Virus record (IMG/VR): IMGVR_UViG_3300037296_000406
DNA: 64,000 nucleotides
Source of the DNA: an uncultured virus (IMG/VR IMGVR_UViG_3300037296_000406)
Lineage: Duplodnaviria > Heunggongvirae > Uroviricota > Caudoviricetes
Strand: one strand, 5' to 3'
Of this stretch, positions 1 to 8,864 are shown piece by piece. Made by a program: the position numbers and the translations under genes. The notes below the pieces were generated by a model. It was not told the origin of the DNA and did not search any database. It worked only from the letters and a program-made list of their open reading frames with translations. The stretch's first letter is position 1, and each line of letters starts with the position of its first letter.

Positions 1-465
1 TTAATCTTTATTAATCATAGGAAAAATCGTATAAAAAAATAATGGTAATGTATCTGATTTTTTTATTTTTTCTTTTATTTTTTGTCCAAATGATGTATTT
101 CTAGATGCGATAAAGAAGAATCCAACATAGAACATTAGCAAGTTAGATGTAAGAACCGTATATAAAACTAATGATCCAAAGAACATCGTATTTGAACGAT
201 AAACATTGAATGGTTTTTTAATTAAACCAATGATAGGAATTACTTGCCAAAGTAATATACAGAAGGTGTATACTAAAATTTTGTTAAGCAATGCATCATT
301 TATTGAAAAATCCATTGGGATCTGTTTAGAAAAAAAATATGTTGTCACTAGAATGTTAATGAAAGTTAGTGCTGGAAATACAAATAAGTTTAATAAATTA
401 TAATAATTATCTGGATGTTCTTTTCTAATCTTAATGTACCATTTTACTAGTGTTGTAGTTTTCAT
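1..465 (-). CDS. Hypothetical multi-pass membrane protein
   Basis: ORF 1..516 with about 3 hydrophobic segments. Likely start is MKTTT at 465, 6 nt downstream of a TATACT -10-like box (472-477, minus strand). Confidence 0.6.
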   Translation of the reverse strand: MKTTTLVKWYIKIRKEHPDNYYNLLNLFVFPALTFINILVTTYFFSKQIPMDFSINDALLNKILVYTFCILLWQVIPIIGLIKKPFNVYRSNTMFFGSLVLYTVLTSNLLMFYVGFFFIASRNTSFGQKIKEKIKKSDTLPLFFYTIFPMINKD

Positions 466-526
466 AGAAAAAGTATACCCATTAATTATTATTAAGTTTA
501 ATTTATAAAAGATCATTGTTTTTAAT

Positions 527-555
527 TTGCTTTATTCTGAGAATAAGTATATTAT
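527..555 (+). promoter_or_regulatory. Sigma70-like promoter for the histone gene
   Basis: TTGCTT (527-532), 17 nt, TATTAT (550-555); strong SD AAGGAGG before ATG 586. Confidence 0.5.
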
Positions 556-585
556 ATAAATACATATCATTTATAAGGAGGAATC

Positions 586-780
586 ATGAGTGATGAAAAA
601 AAAGTATCTTTAGTAGTAAATTCAAAAGTTAAAAAGCTGGTAGCAGATAAACATGGTCTTAGATGTTCTGCAGAAGTTATGGATACTCTTACTAAAAAAG
701 TAGAAGAAATTCTTGAGTCTGCCGCAACAAAAGCAAAAGATTCTAAAAGAAAGACTATTAAGTCAGTCGACTTAGATTAA
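586..780 (+). CDS. Bacterial histone-fold protein, Bd0055/HBb-like singlet
   Basis: 64 aa. LVVNSKVKKLV...SAEVMDTLTKKVEEILESAATKAKDSKRKTIKSVDL matches the Bdellovibrio histone pattern (LVVTSKVKKLI...SAE...RKT), including the histone-fold RKT motif. Strong SD. Confidence 0.9.
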   Translation: MSDEKKVSLVVNSKVKKLVADKHGLRCSAEVMDTLTKKVEEILESAATKAKDSKRKTIKSVDLD

Positions 781-1721
781 ATTACTTTAGAAGAAGAGTC
801 TTTTCGTAGGCTCTTCTTATTAAAAACTCCTGATAAAATATGAGTAATCATATCAACAGTAAATCCATTACCTAACATTTTATATCTTTGAGTATTTGAT
901 ATGCCTTCAACTTGAGAGTAGTTATCTGGTACAGTTTGACACCTTTCGCATTCTAATGGCGTGATATATCTAGGACCATTGATATCTGTTACTTGAAAAA
1001 ATCTTTGAGCTGAATACTTCTTGTGCATACTAGCTTCCAAACATTGCATTTTTATTTTTGGAGTATTCATTTCTTTTAATTTTTTATTTTTAGCTTTACC
1101 ATGTCTATCTAACCAAGATAACGCTGCAGGGCTGTAATAGAAATTATTCGCTACAGGTTTTTTTTCCATAATATCTTGAAAATAGATATTCTTATCTTTT
1201 GGAGGTTTTATATCAGGAATATTAGTCCAATATAACCTAGGTCTACTTTGTGCTGTTATAAGTTTTGAGTTTATAAGAATAGGCTCAACTCCCAATTCTT
1301 TAGATATAATATCTTGAAATTCTTGTTTCATATTAACATTTTCTAACAAAAAATATTTTGGTTTTAATTCTTTAACAATACGAACATATTCAAAAAAGAG
1401 TTTACTTCTAGGGTCTTCAAAATTTAATTGTTTACCACTAAAGCTAAAACCTTGACAAGGGCTTCCACCTATAACCAAATCAACACTAGTTACATCAAAT
1501 ATACCTTTTTCTGTTTCTAGTTTTTTTCTTTTGTACTTAACTTTAGTAACATCACCTATTTGATTTATCTCAGGATAATTTGATTGAGCGACTTTTATTG
1601 AATATTTATCTACTTCTGAGGCAAAGTAATTAATCTGACTATCTTTAAATCCCATTTTAGAAAATGCTATTCTCGTACAGGCCATACCATCAAATAAACT
1701 AACTATATTAATTTTTTTCAT
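777..1721 (-). CDS. dcm: DNA (cytosine-5) methyltransferase, no cognate endonuclease nearby
   Basis: Motifs SLFDGMA (I), GGSPCQGFS (IV, catalytic PC), LLENV (VI), QSRPRLYW (VIII), RYKMLGNG (X). Start moved from 1763 to MKKIN at 1721. Confidence 0.93.
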   Translation of the reverse strand: MKKINIVSLFDGMACTRIAFSKMGFKDSQINYFASEVDKYSIKVAQSNYPEINQIGDVTKVKYKRKKLETEKGIFDVTSVDLVIGGSPCQGFSFSGKQLNFEDPRSKLFFEYVRIVKELKPKYFLLENVNMKQEFQDIISKELGVEPILINSKLITAQSRPRLYWTNIPDIKPPKDKNIYFQDIMEKKPVANNFYYSPAALSWLDRHGKAKNKKLKEMNTPKIKMQCLEASMHKKYSAQRFFQVTDINGPRYITPLECERCQTVPDNYSQVEGISNTQRYKMLGNGFTVDMITHILSGVFNKKSLRKDSSSKVI

Positions 1722-1810
1722 AAACAAATAAATGGTTTTTTTATACAAAAACGTGAAGAACAATAATATTTAAATTAGACCAACTCTTAAAAATGTCTAT
1801 TCTATTTCTT

Positions 1811-2560
1811 TTAGAGTTGGTCCTTATTGTATTGACTCTTCGTTCTTCTGCAATATTTAGTTGAACAATGAGTAGCAATTCCGTAATCAGAACATAACCA
1901 TTTGTCAATATCTTTAATCTCAGAAATAGTTTCTTCATGAGTAATCTCTGTAATTGAAACTTCTTCTTTAACATCAAGATACTTTGAAATTTCTTTCTCT
2001 CGAGAATACTCAGTTTTCTTAACTGAGCGTGGTATTGTTTTAACAATCTTATTCCTACATCGATCATTCGCTGTTTTTTCGAATGCCTCTATACACTGGA
2101 TAACAATTTCTCTTTTAAAGCATCGAGGCTCTTTTTTTGAATAAGTTTTTGGCTTTGTCTTCTTTTTAACTAATTTTTTCTTCTTTTTCTTAACTTTGCA
2201 GATAGTACATTTTTCATCTATGCTTTTTTGAACAGAATCTAATTTCTTATCAACCTTTGACTCTACATCAATTAATTTTTTTAATAAAAAATCTTCACTC
2301 TTTTTCAATCTATCAGATACAGCTTTAGTTTCGCTAGGAGAACCAACAACAGTGGTTATTTTTTTCTGATCAATTTTTGCAGACAATACCTTGTTGTCTT
2401 TTTGTACTGAACTCAAGTCTTTTTTAACATCGTCTAATTCTTTTAACATCTTAGCATTTTTTTGACTTTCTCGAAGTTTGTAATCTTTAGCTTTTTTATA
2501 AAGAAATACTCCTCCAAATAGAACTGCTATAATTAAAATAAATTGTAAAATCTTTTTCAT
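1811..2560 (-). CDS. Hypothetical membrane-anchored, Lys-rich coiled-coil protein with Cys-containing C-terminus
   Basis: N-terminal TM helix, coiled coil, poly-Lys run, several Cys; SD AAGGA. Confidence 0.7.
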   Translation of the reverse strand: MKKILQFILIIAVLFGGVFLYKKAKDYKLRESQKNAKMLKELDDVKKDLSSVQKDNKVLSAKIDQKKITTVVGSPSETKAVSDRLKKSEDFLLKKLIDVESKVDKKLDSVQKSIDEKCTICKVKKKKKKLVKKKTKPKTYSKKEPRCFKREIVIQCIEAFEKTANDRCRNKIVKTIPRSVKKTEYSREKEISKYLDVKEEVSITEITHEETISEIKDIDKWLCSDYGIATHCSTKYCRRTKSQYNKDQL

Positions 2561-2695
2561 ATTAAATCCTTGTGTTTACCTTTTATAGTATAACTTATTT
2601 TTATTTAAAATCCAAATAATTTGAATTTTAATTTATGATCTTATAAGAATAATCTATTTTTTATATAATTGGATTGTTTTGGGTATATCAGATTG

Positions 2696-2842
2696 ATGAC
2701 AAGAGAACAATTAATATATAGAGCAATTGCCTACTTCAATTATGAATTCCCTAAAGAACTAACTTCAGGGATCCTTTTTTTTAGAGGAGAAAAGATTTAT
2801 ATTAAAGAGTTTGTAGACGCTGTTAAATTATTTAAAGGATAG
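2696..2842 (+). CDS. Possible 48-aa small protein (below the ORF-track cutoff)
   Basis: Read by hand: MTREQLIYRAIAYFNYEFPKELTSGILFFRGEKIYIKEFVDAVKLFKG*. Its end overlaps an AAGGA...TCCTT stem followed by a T-run. No clear SD. Confidence 0.4.
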   Translation: MTREQLIYRAIAYFNYEFPKELTSGILFFRGEKIYIKEFVDAVKLFKG

Positions 2843-3056
2843 GAAGATAGTCCTTTTTTTTAAATAAAAAAGAATTAAATAAATTTTTACTAGATATAAT
2901 CGCCAACATTGAAAATTTTTAGTTTTAGAAGTGAAATTTCACATATGTATTCAAGTACTTTATTTTTTTTATATTAATTATTACATAAAAACAATACATT
3001 CCAATTTATTTATATACTTTCAGTTTAGGTACTTACAGTTTAATTTGTGCTTGTAT

Positions 3057-3085
3057 TTGATTAATTATTTTTAAAATGGTATATT
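3057..3085 (+). promoter_or_regulatory. Sigma70-like extended -10 promoter
   Basis: TTGATT (3057-3062), 17 nt, TATATT (3080-3085) with TG at 3077-3078; implies a ~170 nt leader before ATG 3260. Confidence 0.6.
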
Positions 3086-3109
3086 ATCTCCATATATATT
3101 ATATAAGTT

Positions 3110-3240
3110 TTTGATTGCTTTCCGAGAGGACTCTTTTGAGTATGGTAAAAATCATTTATTTGAATCATTAATTAAACTATTTTAATAAGATTCAAAGCTA
3201 GTGTAACCCTCTTACCACATAATAAAATTGCTTTGAACTA
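3110..3240 (+). ncRNA. Putative structured 5' leader RNA
   Basis: Stems ACTC/GAGT (3130-3141), TTTGAATC/GATTCAAA (3159-3196), TTCAAAGC/GCTTTGAA (3191-3237), TGGTAA/TTACCA (3143-3148, 3212-3217). Confidence 0.4.
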
Positions 3241-3259
3241 ACTATTAGGATGGTTTACT

Positions 3260-4780
3260 ATGTCAACTAAAGAAATTAACAAAGAACTTATTATTACTGC
3301 TAAAAAACTTTTAAAAGAAAAAGGTTATGAAGTTAAGAATTCACATTTGTATGATGTTTTCGCACAATTATCAGGTCATAAAAATTGGCATATTGCCTCA
3401 AAAAAGAATCAAAATCTAACAGAAATATTAAATCAGGATCTTATAAATAAATCTAGGTTTAATTTAGATTTAAGTTTTCTCAAGGCAGGTGATGATATCC
3501 CTTTTACTTTTTTTGATAATAGATTACCTGCTTGGAATATGTCTATTGCAGGTCAAACGGGATCAGGGAAGTCTATATTGCTAAAGAAAATGATAAACAA
3601 TGAGGTAAATAAAGATCCAAATCTTGTTGTGAGAATTTACAATCAAAATGAAAAAGAATATTCAAACTTTGCAAAATCATTAGGTGGAAAATCTATTAAC
3701 TTTACACCCGATTGTAGATATTCAATTAATTTTTTTGAGATAAATCCAAACAAATCTTATCCAAATAAAGAGAAAAAAAATATAATAAAACAATTATTAA
3801 CCAAATATAGTGTAGATGAAAATAAAATAGATAATCTAATTTATAATTATTATATGTCTATTTATAATGAAAATTTAGAAAATAGAGATCAGGTTTTTAA
3901 AAAAATATTTAAATTTAATATAACTTCGGAAATTAAATCAATAATATCATTGAAAGAAGGAGATTGTGAACCTATGCCTTATGGATTATTACAATTAAAA
4001 ATGATTTTAGATTCTTTTGTTCCAGAAAATTATAAAATATTAAAGAATAAAAATGGATTGGACAAGATTATGGATGAGTTTTTAAAAGATGTTTATAATC
4101 AAGTTGGGAATACATATTCACGATACCCATCAATTTCAGATTTCTTTCTTTACTTAAGAGATGAAAAACTTGATCCTTATTTTCAAAAAGTTAAAGAATG
4201 CTTGAATAGAAACGATGGTTTTATTAAATTTGGCTATAAAACAGATAAAGTTTTTGATGAGAAAATTTTATCTATATCTTTTAAGGGCTTAGAGCAAAAT
4301 AATGAATTATATGGAATGTATAAACAAATTGTAGTTTTATTTCTAGACATGAAATTAAAAAGCTTGGAATGTGATGTTAGAAAGATTAATGCATTTGATG
4401 ATATATGGGAAGCTAGTCCTAAAAGTAATTGGAATCCTATTTTTCATAATATTTTAGGAACTTCTAGAAGAAATAATATAGGAAACATTTCATGTGTTCA
4501 GTCATTATCTGATTATTATATGATTGATGAAAATGAGGGGAGAGGTATTTTAAAAAACTTTCAAAAAATCGTTCAAGGAAAAACAAATTCTAAAATTACA
4601 GATATTTTTTTTAAAAAAGAATTTGGTTTTATTGATGAAGATTTAGAATTATTTGAAAAATATTGTGGAATTAGTCATAGCACAGAAGGTACTGGTTTTT
4701 TATTAATACATGAATATATATTATCTCCATTTCGGTTAAAAGTAACTCCAACTGAATATAATAAATTTACAGATTATTAA
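3260..4780 (+). CDS. VirB4/TraC-like P-loop ATPase domain fused to a small N-terminal helical (Glyoxalase_8-like) domain
   Basis: Walker A GQTGSGKS, INFFE, Walker B-like NAFDDIW, SRRNNIGNISCVQS. N-terminal AKKLL...SHLYDVFAQLSGHKNWHIA pattern. Confidence 0.7.
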   Translation: MSTKEINKELIITAKKLLKEKGYEVKNSHLYDVFAQLSGHKNWHIASKKNQNLTEILNQDLINKSRFNLDLSFLKAGDDIPFTFFDNRLPAWNMSIAGQTGSGKSILLKKMINNEVNKDPNLVVRIYNQNEKEYSNFAKSLGGKSINFTPDCRYSINFFEINPNKSYPNKEKKNIIKQLLTKYSVDENKIDNLIYNYYMSIYNENLENRDQVFKKIFKFNITSEIKSIISLKEGDCEPMPYGLLQLKMILDSFVPENYKILKNKNGLDKIMDEFLKDVYNQVGNTYSRYPSISDFFLYLRDEKLDPYFQKVKECLNRNDGFIKFGYKTDKVFDEKILSISFKGLEQNNELYGMYKQIVVLFLDMKLKSLECDVRKINAFDDIWEASPKSNWNPIFHNILGTSRRNNIGNISCVQSLSDYYMIDENEGRGILKNFQKIVQGKTNSKITDIFFKKEFGFIDEDLELFEKYCGISHSTEGTGFLLIHEYILSPFRLKVTPTEYNKFTDY

Positions 4781-4825
4781 TTGTGACAGATATTCGTCGT
4801 TTAATTAGCTCAGTATTCTTTCAAG

Positions 4826-4853
4826 GGCAGTACGTACTTCTTAGTACTGCTTT
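4826..4853 (+). terminator. Intrinsic terminator-like hairpin
   Basis: GCAGTAC (4827-4833) / GTACTGC (4844-4850), then TTT, between convergent genes. Confidence 0.5.
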
Positions 4854-4952
4854 ATTTAATAAGATTTTATTTTTATATTCAGATATATACTAAGTATATT
4901 GTTTCAAGAAGATTTGTATCTTGTTAATTTCTAATTGTATATTCATAATTAT

Positions 4953-5786
4953 CTAGATCCTGTCCATGTTAAATTTTTTTATTAAATTATTCAGTCCAAG
5001 ATTTAATACTTGATCTAAAGATTCTTTTTCTTTACCATACGCTTCAACATCAAGAACATAACTCCATTTTTTAATTTTTGTATTTTTTAAAAGATTCATC
5101 ATGAAAGAATTAATAGACTCTTTTTTTATTGTATCTTGTTTTTTTTTATTATCAATATCATGACTAACTAATATGTGGCTTAGTTCCTGTGTATCTTGAA
5201 AGCAATAAATATAAATCATTATTTCAATATCTTTTTTATTGGAACAACTATAAATATGCATTTCATTTTTAATAGCTATAGTCTCTCTAGGTTTTTGTTC
5301 TTTAACTTGTTTTTTAAGTTTTGTAATAAGAGTGGATAATACTCTATTTTTAATTTGACTATGTTTTTTTATGATAGTATTTTCATTTATTGATAATTTA
5401 TTTTCATTCAAGGCTAATTGAATAGTTTTAAATATACTAGCGTCTTGTACAATATATTCTTTTTTTCCTACTGTTAGGAGAGTTTTTTGTTTTTCTTTTT
5501 TATTCTCTATATAATAATCTATCTCAATCTTTAATAATTTTTTATTAAATTCTAGTGTTGCATATAGTTCTTTTTCATTGGGTAAATTAATTTTCTTTTT
5601 TGATTTATTTATAATCTTAATTTGATCAACTGTTAGTATCGTTTCTAAGCATCTTTTACAACAAGAGACTCCATCATTAGCATAATATTGAGAACCTTTA
5701 GGAAGGTCTCCACAATGCTCACAGAAGCCTAATTTGCTACTGTTAATAATTCCATCTGATTTACCTAATAGTTTAAATGTTCTCAA
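4953..5786 (-). CDS. Hypothetical protein with N-terminal CxxC...CxxC zinc finger
   Basis: CEHC and CKRC motifs. Probable TTG start at 5786 with SD AAAGGA; upstream TTGACT-N17-TAAAAT (5812-5840, minus strand). Confidence 0.65.
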   Translation of the reverse strand: MRTFKLLGKSDGIINSSKLGFCEHCGDLPKGSQYYANDGVSCCKRCLETILTVDQIKIINKSKKKINLPNEKELYATLEFNKKLLKIEIDYYIENKKEKQKTLLTVGKKEYIVQDASIFKTIQLALNENKLSINENTIIKKHSQIKNRVLSTLITKLKKQVKEQKPRETIAIKNEMHIYSCSNKKDIEIMIYIYCFQDTQELSHILVSHDIDNKKKQDTIKKESINSFMMNLLKNTKIKKWSYVLDVEAYGKEKESLDQVLNLGLNNLIKKFNMDRI

Positions 5787-5896
5787 ATTAATTCCTTTAT
5801 ATAAATATGTTATTTTATCACAAAGATAGAGGAAAGTCAATATCAAAATAGTGCTTAAATTTAGTAATTATAAATAAAATATAGTATATTTCTTTT

Positions 5897-6244
5897 ATGA
5901 TAAATTTGATAAGTAAGATATTAGAAGAAAAACACTTAAATTATATAAAAAAGAGGCTTTCTTCTCACAGTCCTTCTAAGGGCAGGGTGCTAAGTTCTGT
6001 TAAAGATAATCTTGTCAGCGATGAATGGTTTGAAGAGCTACTATCTAATGATTTAGACTATATATTAAATCTTCTTAAAGAACTTAGATCATATAAAGAT
6101 GAATTAATTAATCTTCGTATTAACGACCCTTATTTACAAAATGAAGATTTAGCAGAAGTACAGATAATTGAAGATTCATATAATCAGGATGAATTAATTC
6201 TAACATTAAAGATTGTTTTTTTAGAAGATTTAATCGCTCTTTAA
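5897..6244 (+). CDS. Hypothetical protein
   Basis: 115 aa ORF, acidic and helical; TATATT 6 nt before the ATG. Confidence 0.6.
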   Translation: MINLISKILEEKHLNYIKKRLSSHSPSKGRVLSSVKDNLVSDEWFEELLSNDLDYILNLLKELRSYKDELINLRINDPYLQNEDLAEVQIIEDSYNQDELILTLKIVFLEDLIAL

Positions 6245-6298
6245 AAAAAATCTATTTTAGATCAATAATAAGTATAACAACATTCTAGGAGAATATTT

Positions 6299-6514
6299 AT
6301 GAAAGATATTAGTATTATTAAAATTATTGGATTATTACTGGTTTTAGCACCTTTGTGTTTAATGGGATATATGACAGGAAAGTCGGTTGGTTTTTATAAT
6401 ATGATATTTCCAACACTTGGTATTTTTTCTGCTATTTTCGGGGTGTTGTTGGTTTCAACTGGAAATATTAAAGATTTAAAGGAAAATTTATCACTATTTT
6501 ATAAAAAAAATTAA
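6299..6514 (+). CDS. Small two-TM membrane protein
   Basis: Two hydrophobic helices; SD AGGAG. Confidence 0.7.
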   Translation: MKDISIIKIIGLLLVLAPLCLMGYMTGKSVGFYNMIFPTLGIFSAIFGVLLVSTGNIKDLKENLSLFYKKN

Positions 6515-6618
6515 TACTATATTCAATTTTAATTATATAATTAAAAGAAATACTCAAATCTTGTCTAAGCTGGTGTTGGGCGAGGTAATTTATCACGACT
6601 TACTTTAATTTAAATTTC

Positions 6619-6783
6619 TTATAGCTTATATTTGTTTAAATCTTTTATACTTTTTCTTTGTTTTTCTATTAACTCTCTTAGCTTGCCCTCCGACTCTTTA
6701 CTCATTCCATCATTTGAAGTTATTATTCCTCCTAATGTTTTTGCAGTTTTTGGGAATGGTAATTTATCAATCTCTTCATTCAT
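6619..6783 (-). CDS. 54-aa small protein (below the ORF-track cutoff)
   Basis: Read by hand: MNEEIDKLPFPKTAKTLGGIITSNDGMSKESEGKLRELIEKQRKSIKDLNKYKL*. SD AGGA 7 nt upstream; TGGTATATT extended -10 further upstream. Confidence 0.6.
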   Translation of the reverse strand: MNEEIDKLPFPKTAKTLGGIITSNDGMSKESEGKLRELIEKQRKSIKDLNKYKL

Positions 6784-6895
6784 GTTATTTTCCTATCTTT
6801 AAATATTATTAGATAATATACCATATTTAATTTTAAATTAAGATTTTTTTAAAGAGAAAAATTTAAAATATAATTAATATTGCCACTATTTATGG

Positions 6896-7195
6896 CTATT
6901 TTAAAGTGAAGCTAGTATCTAATTCTAGCTCAATGATGGACTTAAATTTATAATCGCTGTACTTTTCTGAATTAATAGATTGAATATGTAATATTAACGA
7001 ACTAATTTTTCTTTTCAACAGCTCTAACCTTTTAATTGAATCACTCAAATCTTCGATATCGCTCTGAGACCCATCTACTTTTAATCCGTAAGATTCAGAC
7101 ACCTCAACATCCATAATCCACTTACCTGAATTTTCATCTTTATATATTTCTATCAGGTTATTATCATAATTTTTTTTTAAATAATTATCATTCAT
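6896..7195 (-). CDS. Hypothetical protein
   Basis: 99 aa; SD AAGGA; CCATTTA at 7225-7231. Confidence 0.65.
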   Translation of the reverse strand: MNDNYLKKNYDNNLIEIYKDENSGKWIMDVEVSESYGLKVDGSQSDIEDLSDSIKRLELLKRKISSLILHIQSINSEKYSDYKFKSIIELELDTSFTLK

Positions 7196-7382
7196 CTACA
7201 AATCCTTATTTTATTTATTCTTAATAAATGGATAAACAATCTTTTTTGTTAATTTTTTAGAATTTCATTTTGTTTATCTTACATTATTTAAAGGTCAGTA
7301 GGTATAGATAATTGAACTATTTAGTAAATCATTGAAAAATATGTATTATACCATTTATATAGAATATAAGTGGAGATAAAGT

Positions 7383-8858
7383 ATGAATTTTAAAATAACA
7401 AATATTAATGAAAATGATTCTGAAACTAAGTATTTAGATAATATTCCTGATTTTGTTCAAGGGATTATAGAGTTATATAGTTCTATTGACTTAATGGATC
7501 AAATAAAAGACATTAAATTCTATAATAAAGAGATTCTAGACAAGAAAGATATAAATTCTTTTGATGCTTTTTATTTTATAACTAGAGAAAAACTATTAAA
7601 CATTAAATCAGACATATGTAGTTCTTTTGATATATCTTTTGATAAAATGTCTTCTGATGAAAAGTTGTTTTTTAAAGACTTATTCAGTTCATTTAATAAT
7701 TTTAGTACAATAAAAATATCTACCGAAAAGGACCCTTCCGAAATAAGTCTAGGTTATATAAATTATATTTTATATAGTATTATCAGTCAAACTAATAAGA
7801 TATCTGACATTGAGACAATCTACCACTTTATAGATAATCATTATGAATCTAGGTTTTCAGATTTAATTTTAAAATATTCATTAAAAAATAGTTATAGAGA
7901 TATTATCCTAGCTGATATTAATCCTGTCGTTTTTCATGAATATGAAACTCAAGAAAAAGATATTCCATCAATAGATTATATTCTAACACTAAATAGTACT
8001 GAAATTGAAAAATTCTATAAACTTATATGGAATAAGAAATCATTACCTAACAAAAATAATTTAAATTTACAACTCATAAAAAGTGAAAAAGCAACTTCTT
8101 TTATGATTACTGATTATCTAATACGAAATGAATTAAAGTTCGTTAAACAAGAAATATTAGGACACCCATCTTGTCCGAATAGTATTCTAAAATTATCTAT
8201 TGCTATTGAAGAATTTATTCCTTATGCATTAAGTAATAAACAAATTACTGAGGAGTTTCTTTTGGAAATTTACAATAGTGATACAATCTACAATGATTTA
8301 AAAAAAATATACCAGATATTAATGCTACATGATAAATGTTCTAAAAAACTTTCTTTGAGGATAGAAAAAGATTTAAAAATAATGAAAGAAGAAATTTATT
8401 ATGACATATCTTTATTAGAAGATTTTTCTCCAAATATGCAAATGATAATTTTAGAAATGCATCCTGAGTTAAATCCGATAAAACTTAAAGAGTTAAATAA
8501 AAAAAATATTAATTATGACAATTTTAATAAAGATATTATAAAAAGTAATATTGAAAACTATAGTCTAAAAGAACTTCTAGAGATATCTAGTTACGCTAAA
8601 GATTACTTTGATATAAATCAATTAATTGTAAAAAAAATAGGTCAAGCTAATATAGGAGAAATCACCGACGTAATTAACACTTTAGATGAGACTAGTTATG
8701 AAGAAGTAATCTTTAAAAAAATAGCTGAGGATTCTAAAACATGTTCTAAAGATGAAGGGACTTGTATATTAAATACAATTAAAAATAATGAATCAATTAG
8801 CTTAAAAACTAAGGATGAGATTATATTAAATCTGGAATTAAATCCGTTAATAAAATAA
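7383..8858 (+). CDS. Hypothetical helical-repeat protein
   Basis: 491 aa with LRV-like units (ILGHPSCPNSIL, ALSNKQITEEFL, LMLHDKCSKKL); SD GGAG; CCATTTA at 7351-7357. Confidence 0.7.
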   Translation: MNFKITNINENDSETKYLDNIPDFVQGIIELYSSIDLMDQIKDIKFYNKEILDKKDINSFDAFYFITREKLLNIKSDICSSFDISFDKMSSDEKLFFKDLFSSFNNFSTIKISTEKDPSEISLGYINYILYSIISQTNKISDIETIYHFIDNHYESRFSDLILKYSLKNSYRDIILADINPVVFHEYETQEKDIPSIDYILTLNSTEIEKFYKLIWNKKSLPNKNNLNLQLIKSEKATSFMITDYLIRNELKFVKQEILGHPSCPNSILKLSIAIEEFIPYALSNKQITEEFLLEIYNSDTIYNDLKKIYQILMLHDKCSKKLSLRIEKDLKIMKEEIYYDISLLEDFSPNMQMIILEMHPELNPIKLKELNKKNINYDNFNKDIIKSNIENYSLKELLEISSYAKDYFDINQLIVKKIGQANIGEITDVINTLDETSYEEVIFKKIAEDSKTCSKDEGTCILNTIKNNESISLKTKDEIILNLELNPLIK

Positions 8859-8864
8859 TTTTTA

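Noticed and set aside
777..2560. Restriction-modification system around the methyltransferase
   Set aside because: Its neighbours are a histone and a membrane-anchored protein, and no endonuclease motif was seen.
2931..2942. GTGAAATTTCAC as a parS site
   Set aside because: The half-sites are in the opposite order to canonical TGTTTCAC-GTGAAACA, and only one copy was seen.
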